From a virus (Duplodnaviria; Caudoviricetes), in the IMG/VR virus record IMGVR_UViG_3300037882_003063, positions 1 to 55,092 of that record: 55,092 nucleotides of DNA. One strand, given 5' to 3'. Both the position numbers and the translations under genes were made by a program. The notes under the pieces are model-generated. The model searched no databases, was not told the origin of the DNA, and saw only the letters and a program-made list of their open reading frames with translations. Shown here piece by piece: positions 27,342-35,628 of this stretch (its first letter is position 1; every line of letters starts with the position of its first letter).

Positions 27342-27965
27342 CTATAACGTCTGCCTTGGTGGTACTGGGTTAAGTGTGAGCTTTGCACCCGTCACAGGGT
27401 CAGTTAAATCGCCCGTAACGCCTAGTCTTAGGATGTTTGCTGTGATTAAAACATCGTTAAGGCAATAACTTGTCAGTTCGGCGTGTTTGCCGTGCTGATA
27501 CATCATGGGGGCGTAGTGACCGCCGTTCCCTGTCTTCTCGAATCCGTTAGCTCGAGCGATTGAATCAACGTTGTAACCAGAGACGGTCTTGCCCTTCGTG
27601 AAGTTTGGCGGCTGACCGCTTGCAATTCTGACCTCTTGCAAGAGGTCGTAATCAGTCCAGACGTTTACGCCATGAAAACCCAAGACCTTATCATCAAAGC
27701 CCTTTGAGTTGAAGCCAACGATAGAGGCAGTCCCAAAGTCCTTTGGAATTTCAGACAAACGCTTTTCGTCATAAACTTCAAACTGAACGGGCGTGTAATG
27801 CTGGTCGAGCCAACAAGCAACAAGAATACTAAAACCCATTCCAGCGTAATCGCCCCAACTTGTGGCATATGACAAACCCGCTATCATCTCGCTAGGGTCA
27901 CGGGGCATAATCGGTCTTTTAATCTCGAGGTCGTAGACGACTATCGGCGCATTGAACTTATTCAT
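27342..27965 (-). CDS. DEDD-family 3'-5' exonuclease (RNase H-like)
   Basis: YDLEIK, VGFNSKGFD, YCLNDV motifs. Confidence 0.85.
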   Translation of the reverse strand: MNKFNAPIVVYDLEIKRPIMPRDPSEMIAGLSYATSWGDYAGMGFSILVACWLDQHYTPVQFEVYDEKRLSEIPKDFGTASIVGFNSKGFDDKVLGFHGVNVWTDYDLLQEVRIASGQPPNFTKGKTVSGYNVDSIARANGFEKTGNGGHYAPMMYQHGKHAELTSYCLNDVLITANILRLGVTGDLTDPVTGAKLTLNPVPPRQTL

Positions 27966-28228
27966 TTTTTAGCCTTACCTTGTCGCTTTCTGAGAGGCTT
28001 TATAACAGGCTTCGGAAGCAATTCTGGTGTTACTACCTTCAAAACGGGTTCAAGAGGCTTTACGACCCGTCTTGAGACCCATGCTGACAGCTTTTGGTCG
28101 AATGGTTTAACCCTGTATTCGTTCCCTCGAGTTTCCATGACCTGTGAGGGTATCTCACGGTAAACACTCCCGCCCTCGAGTTTCGGGATGTGTACGCACC
28201 AAAGAACGCTAATCATTTTCAGGCTCAC
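27962..28228 (-). CDS. Hypothetical protein
   Basis: Part of an overlapping chain; start uncertain. Confidence 0.5.
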   Translation of the reverse strand: MSLKMISVLWCVHIPKLEGGSVYREIPSQVMETRGNEYRVKPFDQKLSAWVSRRVVKPLEPVLKVVTPELLPKPVIKPLRKRQGKAKK

Positions 28229-28634
28229 TTAAGGCTAAGTGATTAAGGTTAATGTCACTCACGGGCGCAACAAGACGAACACCACTCGAGACCTTAACGG
28301 CAAAGTCAGCGCTAACTTTTTCCTCCATCAAGCTCAGGGCGGCTTTCGACTCACGCATAAACTCCTCGAGCGTTACGTGTTCACCGCCTGAATTTCTGAA
28401 TGGGGCTAAGCCTAAAACGTTATTTAGGATTTCTGCCACAGCCAAGGTCTCACGGTAATATGCGTTAAAGCTCTTATTGCCGTTTAGGACTTGGCTACGG
28501 CTTGCCAGTTGCTCCATTCGGAGCTTTTGGTCTGCAAAATGCTCTAAGAGTGCTTGGGCTACTCTCTTAACTTCTAGCGCTTCTTCGACTTCATTCATTG
28601 CTGTTTCAATCTCATTCGCCGTTACTGTCTTCAT
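28209..28634 (-). CDS. Hypothetical helical protein
   Basis: Overlaps the ParB-N gene stop. Confidence 0.6.
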   Translation of the reverse strand: MKTVTANEIETAMNEVEEALEVKRVAQALLEHFADQKLRMEQLASRSQVLNGNKSFNAYYRETLAVAEILNNVLGLAPFRNSGGEHVTLEEFMRESKAALSLMEEKVSADFAVKVSSGVRLVAPVSDINLNHLALSEPEND

Positions 28635-29436
28635 CGTTATCACCGTCCTCTAGCTCGAGCTTTGGGGCATCCGCTATTGTCGAGTCACCAAACTCTTTGC
28701 CGTCTTGAAAATTTTTGTGCATCAATGCAATCAGGTCAGGGGCGGCAAAAGCGCGGCTTGAATCTGGCAACCCTAAAGTTTCCATAAAGCTATCCTTGGC
28801 GGTCTTATCGGCGAAGGTCAGAATCAAGTAATGGTCTCGTGACTCCCCCGCTTGGTCAACTTCTAGGTATTCCTTTTTGCGGTCTTTAATTGCTTGAATC
28901 TGAGCGGCTGCTTTTGCTTCGTCAGCCTGTAGCCCTTGCGAGTCGGGTTCATCAGGGATACCAAACCCGTAAGTCTCAGCCCAGTCATCAATTTTGTCAG
29001 GAAACTCTAATTCAAGCTCGAGACGGTCAAAGCCAACTTCAAGAGGATTGACCCCATCATCAAAGATGTCAGCCAGTAACTCCAATTCGTATTGTCCTTG
29101 AAGGGCTGGATTATTGAGGATGATATTGATTTCCTTCTCTTCTTTTTCGGTCTTCTCAACCATTGACACGTCAAGAAGGTAATCAGGTGACTTCTCGAGC
29201 ATATCAAGAATCAAGACCCGTTGGTGACCACCCACAATGTTGCCCGTAGTCTTGTTCCATGTGACCGTGCCAACAAGACCGTGCTTTTCTATTGCCTCTC
29301 GCAACCTCTTACGGGCTGTCTCGTGAATCATTCGAGGGTTGTAAATCGCGTTCTTTAACTCGGAGCGGTGAACCCTAACGTTCTCGAATTTTTGGTAACG
29401 AGTTAGTTGCCCCTCCTTACTCTTAGCCTTAGCCAT
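28612..29436 (-). CDS. ParB/Srx N-terminal domain protein (IbrB-like)
   Basis: LKNAIYNPR, IEKHGLVGTVTWN, IVGGHQR; acidic C-terminus; no obvious HTH. Confidence 0.85.
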   Translation of the reverse strand: MAKAKSKEGQLTRYQKFENVRVHRSELKNAIYNPRMIHETARKRLREAIEKHGLVGTVTWNKTTGNIVGGHQRVLILDMLEKSPDYLLDVSMVEKTEKEEKEINIILNNPALQGQYELELLADIFDDGVNPLEVGFDRLELELEFPDKIDDWAETYGFGIPDEPDSQGLQADEAKAAAQIQAIKDRKKEYLEVDQAGESRDHYLILTFADKTAKDSFMETLGLPDSSRAFAAPDLIALMHKNFQDGKEFGDSTIADAPKLELEDGDNDEDSNGE

Positions 29437-30109
29437 TTTTTAACTCCATTTCATATTTTACTATTGCCGCTTCTGCGTAGGGATATTGCGCCAAAATTTT
29501 TATATAGTCATCTGGAAACCGTTTCCTTATTTCATATAACCAAGCTCCTTTTAATTGACCGCCCCATGATTCATAGTTCATTGTGTAATCAGGCGGCATG
29601 ATGATTCGAGCGTGTTGTAAGGTTGCCATAACGTCCCGATTGTTCCACTGTGCAAGCGGATAGAACCGACCACGCTTAGGGTCAATGCCCTCGCACTTAT
29701 TGACCATCCCTCGACGGTCAAGAGAATCAATCATCTTTTCGCCGCCCGTTGTCCAGTAAACGCCATAATGTTTTTTGACCACTGTCTCGAGGTCGCTAAA
29801 CCCGACACGGCTAATCAATGGGTTATTGGTCATGGGGCGGTACTCACCGTCAATCATTGAATCAAACCCGTCAGGATGGCGAAGCTGCAAAATGGGAGTA
29901 TCGAATTTTTTGCTCAGGTAATTAAGATACCTTTCGACGAATCCAATGCCCTCGACGGTGTAATAGTGATACCCGCAAACCTCAAAGCCAAACCGTTTGA
30001 GGATAACCAAGGCGGCTACGCTGTCCTTACCGCATGATATACCAAGGGCAACGCGCTTCACGCCTGTTGCTTTGAATCTTTTAATAACGTCAAGTTTCTG
30101 CTTATCCAT
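29429..30109 (-). CDS. PAPS-reductase-like PP-loop protein (IbrA/DndC-like fold)
   Basis: PP-loop ISCGKDS; GEKMIDSLDRR; FYPLAQW. Confidence 0.85.
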   Translation of the reverse strand: MDKQKLDVIKRFKATGVKRVALGISCGKDSVAALVILKRFGFEVCGYHYYTVEGIGFVERYLNYLSKKFDTPILQLRHPDGFDSMIDGEYRPMTNNPLISRVGFSDLETVVKKHYGVYWTTGGEKMIDSLDRRGMVNKCEGIDPKRGRFYPLAQWNNRDVMATLQHARIIMPPDYTMNYESWGGQLKGAWLYEIRKRFPDDYIKILAQYPYAEAAIVKYEMELKNG

Positions 30110-30177
30110 AGAAACCTGTTTCGTGACGAAACAAAAAAACACCAAAGCATAAAGCTCTGGTGTCTACTTGAAAAAAA

Positions 30178-30492
30178 CTAGCGTCTACGGGCTGAGCCGT
30201 CACGGTTGACACGACGACCAGTTTTGGCATTGGTGTACCCGCCGCCGTCACGTTTCGTAATGCCCCGACCAAGTTTGACACTGGCTTTCTTGACGGCTGC
30301 TGCACCTTTACCTTTGCCCTTGGCGGCTGCTTTGGCTTTAGGTGCTGGTAAAGCCTTGGGCTTAGCGGCTCTTGGTAAAGCCTTCGGCGCTGCCTTTTTA
30401 GCCCTGGCTGGTGCTTTCTTAGCTGCTGGTTTCTTAGCTGCTGGTTTCTTAGCTGCTGGTTTCTTAGCTGCTGGTTTCTTTTTGGCTGCCAT
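30178..30492 (-). CDS. Histone H1-like Lys/Ala/Pro-rich basic protein
   Basis: KKPAA x4 encoded by identical 15-bp repeats (~30415-30480); almost no acidic residues. Confidence 0.85.
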   Translation of the reverse strand: MAAKKKPAAKKPAAKKPAAKKPAAKKAPARAKKAAPKALPRAAKPKALPAPKAKAAAKGKGKGAAAVKKASVKLGRGITKRDGGGYTNAKTGRRVNRDGSARRR

Positions 30493-30553
30493 AATAAAAC
30501 CCCCTTTGCGGTCTCAAAGGATGTTATCACGCCAAAATGGAGTGTTTGAGGGT

Positions 30554-30769
30554 TCACCATTCCACCTCTAAGGCATCATGGATAATCTTGCCCCGTTCGG
30601 TTGTACTGAGTGCCATATAAGCGGCGAAAGCCTCATCACTAAGGCGAACCTGTACCAGTCGTGACGTGTTCTTTTGACGGTCAGGGTCATTGCCCCAACG
30701 AGCAAAAGCGGCTTGTCGTTTCATCTCGCTCAGTTCTGCACCTGATAATTTAATCTCACTTTTTGACAT
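30554..30769 (-). CDS. Putative ribbon-helix-helix DNA-binding protein
   Basis: LVQVRLSDEAF...GKIIHDAL; GAGGGG RBS. Confidence 0.55.
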   Translation of the reverse strand: MSKSEIKLSGAELSEMKRQAAFARWGNDPDRQKNTSRLVQVRLSDEAFAAYMALSTTERGKIIHDALEVEW

Positions 30770-31196
30770 CTGACCCCTCAATTAAACTCAAGTAAATAAA
30801 ATAATTGTGGCTAACATCATCAAGGGCGGCGCTTAGAATCATTTCCTCAAATTGGGAGGATAAAAATTCTTCTTCTGATTCCTCTTCGTAAGACCCACAA
30901 TCGAGCAGGGCATCAGAGATAAGCTCGAGCCAGTCATCCTCTTCTTGGGTCATCTCACGACTAGGGGCTTTGCTAAAGACTCCTTCTTCATGCAAAGCTA
31001 AAAGGCGCTTAATGTCAACCGTCACGACCTTTTCAACCCTAGCCTTGATTGTGATGGGCGCAGTCCTAGCACCGAATTGCAAGGTGGCAATATCGCCTTG
31101 CAAAACCTTTGAAAATATAGGCTTGTCGCGCTGTGTAGCGCGTTTTAAGCCGCTTCGGTACTCGCCTAGGTGTTTCATCCTATGGGTGATATTCAT
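30756..31196 (-). CDS. ASCH/PUA-like domain protein
   Basis: SGLKRATQR...GDIA resembles the GxKxxTxR motif. Confidence 0.55.
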   Translation of the reverse strand: MNITHRMKHLGEYRSGLKRATQRDKPIFSKVLQGDIATLQFGARTAPITIKARVEKVVTVDIKRLLALHEEGVFSKAPSREMTQEEDDWLELISDALLDCGSYEEESEEEFLSSQFEEMILSAALDDVSHNYFIYLSLIEGSDVKK

Positions 31197-31849
31197 GACT
31201 GTATAGTATCATGCAAGGGTGCGTTTGTGAAGTCCCCGAGTTTAACGAGTCCATAAGACTTCATGATTGTTCGTATAATCTCTTGAGTGTTGTATTCGTT
31301 ATCGTTGAATAAGCCTTTTTTAATCATCGCGTAAACTTCGTCTATTTGCTGCTGTTCGGGCGTGGGTACGCTTCGAGTCCCGACAGCAACAAAAACGGTT
31401 TGTAAGACTGCTTTGGTCTGACCCACAAGTGACCTATCATCAGGCATCACTGAACACATAAGCTCGATAGGGGCGAACTGTAAATAATTTATTTCTCTGT
31501 TTGAAACATGGTGAACCTCTTCACCGACTATTTTTATTTCGGGCGTGTAAAAGTATGCTTTGACGCGGGGCGTGTTCCAGTTCTTGACTATACGAAACTG
31601 ATGTTCGTGTAGCTCTGGTTTGAAATGGGCAACGAGTTTTGCGTCTGCGTGAATCTCGAGGAAGTGATGCCTACTTGAGCCATCAAACACAGGGCTGTCA
31701 TAGTGCATCTTGACGAGTGTCTGACCGTCAAAAAAATGTATCGTATCCACACTCCGCATAAGGAAACTTGGCTTGTCGGGACTTTGGGTGTGTTGGTAAT
31801 CGGAATCGGCAGAGTGGTTGGGCGCGACTTTTCTTATTACTGTTTGCAT
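31193..31849 (-). CDS. Hypothetical protein
   Basis: AAGGAG RBS preceded by a GGCTCGAG/CTCGAGCC hairpin. Confidence 0.7.
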   Translation of the reverse strand: MQTVIRKVAPNHSADSDYQHTQSPDKPSFLMRSVDTIHFFDGQTLVKMHYDSPVFDGSSRHHFLEIHADAKLVAHFKPELHEHQFRIVKNWNTPRVKAYFYTPEIKIVGEEVHHVSNREINYLQFAPIELMCSVMPDDRSLVGQTKAVLQTVFVAVGTRSVPTPEQQQIDEVYAMIKKGLFNDNEYNTQEIIRTIMKSYGLVKLGDFTNAPLHDTIQS

Positions 31850-31899
31850 AAAACTCCTTAAAAGGCTCGAGCGGTTAAGCTCGAGCCGTGTGAGTGGGC

Positions 31900-32580
31900 T
31901 TAGACTTCTTGTGCTTGGTACTTACTCGAGATGTGAGACCATGACTGAGCTTTGCCTTTTCCAGCAGGAACACCCGCGTAATACCATTTTTGTTTGTTGG
32001 GCGACCAACGCAGTTTAAGCAGACCTAGCGCTTCTTTGTGTTTTTTGGTTTCGCCACTGACCCAAAGCCAAGCATTGGCGCGTTCGACCACAAGACCGTC
32101 GAGGAGCTTAAGGGCGGCAACGATTTGTTGGATTTTGGCTTCTACTTCGTCAGTGATTTTTGTTGTGCTTTGACCCGCTTGGGCGGATGCTTTGCGCTTC
32201 TCGTGAGCTTCATCAGTCTGAGCTTCGGCTTGGGCGCGGCGCTGCTTGGCTTCTTCGGCGCGTTTTGCGGCTTCTTTAACCTGTTCGTCAAACCATGCGG
32301 AGTGTGACCGACTTTGGTCACGGGCGTTAGAGCTTTTAGCGTATTTTGAGTTGCTAAAAGTCATATATCGCGTTCTTGGGTAGTTGCCTTTGGCGATAGC
32401 CTCTTTGACAGCCTTATGAACCGCGTTAATGGCTTGCATAATTTTTTTGTTACCGTTGGGGCGGTCAGGATGCCAACGTTTTGCAAGTTCCCTAAATCTG
32501 GTGGCGCAGTCTTCGCCGTTTCTAATGCTCGAGAAGTATGTCCATGCGGTTTCGAGGGCTTGCTGTTCGGTGTGTGTCAT
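31900..32580 (-). CDS. J-domain (DnaJ-like) protein
   Basis: RFRELAKRWHPDR; C-terminal WLWVSGET..HKE.L....RWS..KQKWY domain; cassette RBS at 32580. Confidence 0.85.
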   Translation of the reverse strand: MTHTEQQALETAWTYFSSIRNGEDCATRFRELAKRWHPDRPNGNKKIMQAINAVHKAVKEAIAKGNYPRTRYMTFSNSKYAKSSNARDQSRSHSAWFDEQVKEAAKRAEEAKQRRAQAEAQTDEAHEKRKASAQAGQSTTKITDEVEAKIQQIVAALKLLDGLVVERANAWLWVSGETKKHKEALGLLKLRWSPNKQKWYYAGVPAGKGKAQSWSHISSKYQAQEV

Positions 32581-32582
32581 AT

Positions 32583-32871
32583 GTGCTACCTCCTTGGTAG
32601 TGAGTGCATTGTATAATGCAGAATTAAGGGAGTCTAGGGACATTTATCTCATACCTAATTTGACCTGTTTCTATGGGTTTAAGCCGACTTTTAACCCTGT
32701 CTTGTGAGTGCTGTGAGCGCTTATAAGGCTGTCCTAGGCTGTCTCATGGCTCGAGTTACCAGACAGCTATATATAAGACATTGTGAGCCATTCTAGGAGT
32801 CGGGACATTTATCACTGTTTTAGGCGTTGGGTGTATCGTTACAATGCACTCAATACCAAAGGAGGTAGCAC
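32583..32871. promoter_or_regulatory. Bidirectional promoter cassette C
   Basis: Inverted arms 32583-32609 and 32844-32871; leftward TAGACT-17-TACAAT, rightward TACAAT; boxes at 32637 and 32802. Confidence 0.85.
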
Positions 32872-32874
32872 CCA

Positions 32875-33219
32875 ATGAAAAACGTACCAGACAGCGCCCA
32901 AGCAATCGCCAAACAATGCCTGAGCAACCCCGCCCACTTAATTTTTTGCATCACCATCAACCCTAACTTTTTGAGAGCGAGCGCCCATAAGAGATTCCCT
33001 CGCTTGCTTGACTTGCGCTTGCTTGACTTGCTCCTCACAGCTAAAAGTGGAATGACTGGAATCCCAAGCCCCGACTACTGCAAAACAGTTCACGCCCTTT
33101 GCGACGAGTTGACCATCGGCGGTTTGCTCCTTATCTGTGCAATTCTGCTACAAAAAACGAACATCGAAACGGCTCGAGTCTTCGGTAAAGCCCATGCGAT
33201 TTGGGAGGGTAATTTATGA
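32875..33219 (+). CDS. Hypothetical protein
   Basis: Cassette RBS. Confidence 0.7.
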   Translation: MKNVPDSAQAIAKQCLSNPAHLIFCITINPNFLRASAHKRFPRLLDLRLLDLLLTAKSGMTGIPSPDYCKTVHALCDELTIGGLLLICAILLQKTNIETARVFGKAHAIWEGNL

Positions 33220-33440
33220 ATTACATCGTGACGGGTCAGACGCAAAAAGATGTTGGCAATTCAAAAGCCTTTCACAAGCAATCGGTTTTTAGGATTGTAG
33301 CCGAATCAAAAGCTGATGCCCGAAGGGAAGCCGTCAAACTTGGAATGTCTAGGGTCATCTCTGTTTCTCAAGTCAAAGCCCTAAGAACTAGATTCCAACG
33401 TAGAAACTGGTCGGACTCAAGTTCACTCACCCACTGGTAA
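33216..33440 (+). CDS. Hypothetical protein
   Basis: GGGAGG RBS, ATGA overlap. Confidence 0.65.
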   Translation: MNYIVTGQTQKDVGNSKAFHKQSVFRIVAESKADARREAVKLGMSRVISVSQVKALRTRFQRRNWSDSSSLTHW

Positions 33441-33447
33441 GAATAAC

Positions 33448-33475
33448 GCCCGTTACCTGTGCGGGTTATCACAGG
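33448..33475 (+). other. Intergenic pseudoknot-like element, copy 4
   Basis: GCCCG-tta-CCTGTG-CGGGT-tat-CACAGG, then the 15-bp palindrome and AAGGAG. Confidence 0.6.
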
Positions 33476-33504
33476 TTTCGTCACGAAACAAAAAGGAGCA
33501 ACTT

Positions 33505-33882
33505 ATGAAACACGAACGCGCAGCAGTCTATGAGATTTTAGACCAATTCCAAGCGCCCTTACGCTACATGGACAACGCAAACAAGGAGGAGTTTCTTAAC
33601 ATGCTCTTGTCTGCCCCGCAAAACGATGACTATGATGTTACCCACTCGCTGACAATCAATTTTCGCATGTCTGGATTTATAGCACCGCAACCCAAATTTA
33701 CAATTACTGTCACGCCCGTACCAGACTGCAACGCTCACTTGGCTTTGCATATTTACGACCCTAAGCATCGCCGTTCAAAACTTCGCTTGTTTTTTAAGAT
33801 GTGCTTGGGTGAAGACTGCTTTGAACCCTACCGTGAAAGCGCCCCTAAGCAGTGGTTAAAGGAGTTAGGCTATGAAAATTGA
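33505..33882 (+). CDS. Hypothetical protein
   Basis: AAGGAG RBS. Confidence 0.7.
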   Translation: MKHERAAVYEILDQFQAPLRYMDNANKEEFLNMLLSAPQNDDYDVTHSLTINFRMSGFIAPQPKFTITVTPVPDCNAHLALHIYDPKHRRSKLRLFFKMCLGEDCFEPYRESAPKQWLKELGYEN

Positions 33883-34705
33883 GAAAAGCGTTTATCCGTT
33901 CACCATGCCCCGCCGCCCAAAAAGCGGCGGTAAAACCGTTTTAACGGTTGACTGGGATTATTTTTTCCATATCCCAAACACAAGAACAGAAGCCGTCACT
34001 TATGACACCGATAAGAGGCTTGAAGCCGCCCTATTTACTTGGGGTGTTGGTGCTGGTGAGTTTTTCGAGGTTGAGGTGTGGCAGACTCGAGCAGCCGCTT
34101 TTTTTTCTCAGGGTTGGGAGTTGCCCCAAGTGAATCAAGAATGGCGTTCATTCTGGAATCGTTTTAATTTTAGTGTTGATGCCCGTGCTTGGTATGGTGA
34201 TTGTCACGCCTTGATGATGATGCCAAAAATTGTTAAGGGTACAAGTAAGGTCTTAAACTTTGATGCCCACCACGACGCGGGTTATCGAGAAAATTATTGG
34301 GAGTGGCAACATTACGACTGGCAAGATAAGAACGGTGCATTTTTGGAGTGTTGGGCGATGGTCTACCATCTTGGAGGTGTCGAGGTCATAACCTATTACC
34401 CACACTGGGGGGCATACAAGATGGAAACTGACCCATACCCTATTGCTCCGATTCAAAGACTGGTTGATTCGGTTTATGCTTATCCAACGTTTCCAGATTT
34501 GATTGACGAGGTTTTAATTGTTCGCTCTAGCCCGTGGGTTGCGCCTTGGTGTGACGCTGACTTCATGCGGTTTGTTAAGTTGTGTCCAGTCAAGCCCGTC
34601 TTAGTTGGTGAGTTACCCAAGCGGCGGTTTAGTTTGAAAGATGCCCGTCGAGATGCAAAAATTTTCCAAGAGTTAGAAAGGACATATGGACAATCAATTT
34701 TCTGA
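33872..34705 (+). CDS. Arginase/deacetylase-fold metallohydrolase (UPF0489-like)
   Basis: LTVDWDYFF, NFDAHHD, RSSPW motifs. Confidence 0.65.
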   Translation: MKIEKSVYPFTMPRRPKSGGKTVLTVDWDYFFHIPNTRTEAVTYDTDKRLEAALFTWGVGAGEFFEVEVWQTRAAAFFSQGWELPQVNQEWRSFWNRFNFSVDARAWYGDCHALMMMPKIVKGTSKVLNFDAHHDAGYRENYWEWQHYDWQDKNGAFLECWAMVYHLGGVEVITYYPHWGAYKMETDPYPIAPIQRLVDSVYAYPTFPDLIDEVLIVRSSPWVAPWCDADFMRFVKLCPVKPVLVGELPKRRFSLKDARRDAKIFQELERTYGQSIF

Positions 34706-35237
34706 GTGTGTTAGGTGTAATGGCGCGGGTCAACTCGAGCCATTCAAGCGAAGAGGCTTAATGAGGACTAAGGAGCTTGAGGGTAAGTGTTTTTGTTGGC
34801 GTTGCTGGTATCACGTAATGTCAGAGAATGGATACCATCTGTTTGACAATCGCCCTCGTGATTACAACATTGCTTATCAGATGCACAAGTGCAACGACCA
34901 CGCTTTTGAACGTATGAAGGGTGAGGCTATTTTTAAGCCCGTGACAAACACTGCTTTGATGGATTTGATTTTGTCTCAAAAGGGTGTTTGCGCCTTAACG
35001 GGTGAATCCACGCACCTTGTCTTTGACCACATCATGCCCCTTGCACTTGAGGGTAATCATGATGTGAGCAATCTTCGAGCGGTGAGCAGGAATGCCAACT
35101 ACGCCCAAGAAGCAATTATTTTGCGGTACTGGGACAGCTTAGGCTTAACGTATGCAGATACATGGGTTAATCGCCCTCCTGTTCCTGACCATATCTTGAA
35201 TGCTAACGCGCTCGAGCTTGAGCCACTGCCTTTTTAA
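34686..35237 (+). CDS. HNH endonuclease
   Basis: CALTGE...FDHIMPLALEGNHDVSNLRAVSRNAN; N-terminal CxxC pairs. Confidence 0.8.
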   Translation: MDNQFSECVRCNGAGQLEPFKRRGLMRTKELEGKCFCWRCWYHVMSENGYHLFDNRPRDYNIAYQMHKCNDHAFERMKGEAIFKPVTNTALMDLILSQKGVCALTGESTHLVFDHIMPLALEGNHDVSNLRAVSRNANYAQEAIILRYWDSLGLTYADTWVNRPPVPDHILNANALELEPLPF

Positions 35238-35628
35238 TCTCTTCGATAGCATAGCCACTCATTACCAGTGGTTTGTCATAACTTAAAACCGTGTAACCAT
35301 CAATGGCTGCACGGTTTCTCTTTTTACAGTCTCTCGAGTAACCCTCACCTTTGGAGTGCGCCCCGTCACCAAAAAGTGTAAAGCCGTCAAGCTCGATTAA
35401 GATTCTTTCGGCTAAGAAAACAAAGTCAAAGCGGATTCTGGAATCTGTCCACGGTCTAAACTCTCGAGACCAGCCCGTAATGCCGTTTACCTTCAAATGA
35501 AAGGCTAAGGTTGCTTCTAGCTCCGATTCGGCTTTAGGCAGTTTGACGTTGCCCTTTTTGGTGATTTGAGTATTGTCTAGTCCAGCCCTTTTGAGTAGCT
35601 TTGTGGCTTCCTTTATTGTTAAACGCAT
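35203..35628 (-). CDS. Vsr/DUF559-like PD-(D/E)XK endonuclease (possible resolvase)
   Basis: REFR...RFDF...IELDG...H...RD..KRN.A...GY.V pattern. Confidence 0.8.
   Translation of the reverse strand: MRLTIKEATKLLKRAGLDNTQITKKGNVKLPKAESELEATLAFHLKVNGITGWSREFRPWTDSRIRFDFVFLAERILIELDGFTLFGDGAHSKGEGYSRDCKKRNRAAIDGYTVLSYDKPLVMSGYAIEEIKKAVAQARAR

Noticed and set aside
28612-29436. Canonical ParABS partition system
   Set aside because: No ParA; the ParB-like protein lacks an evident HTH and is paired with a PP-loop enzyme; the palindrome differs from canonical parS spacing.
30102-30571. ORFs 30102..30560 (RNQQL repeats) and 30206..30571 (FLAAG repeats)
   Set aside because: Alternate-frame readings of the KKPAA repeat gene.
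11088-33505. Pseudoknot elements as readthrough or frameshift signals
   Set aside because: No slippery heptamers, downstream frames are inconsistent (+1 in three, -1 in one), and each downstream gene has its own SD.
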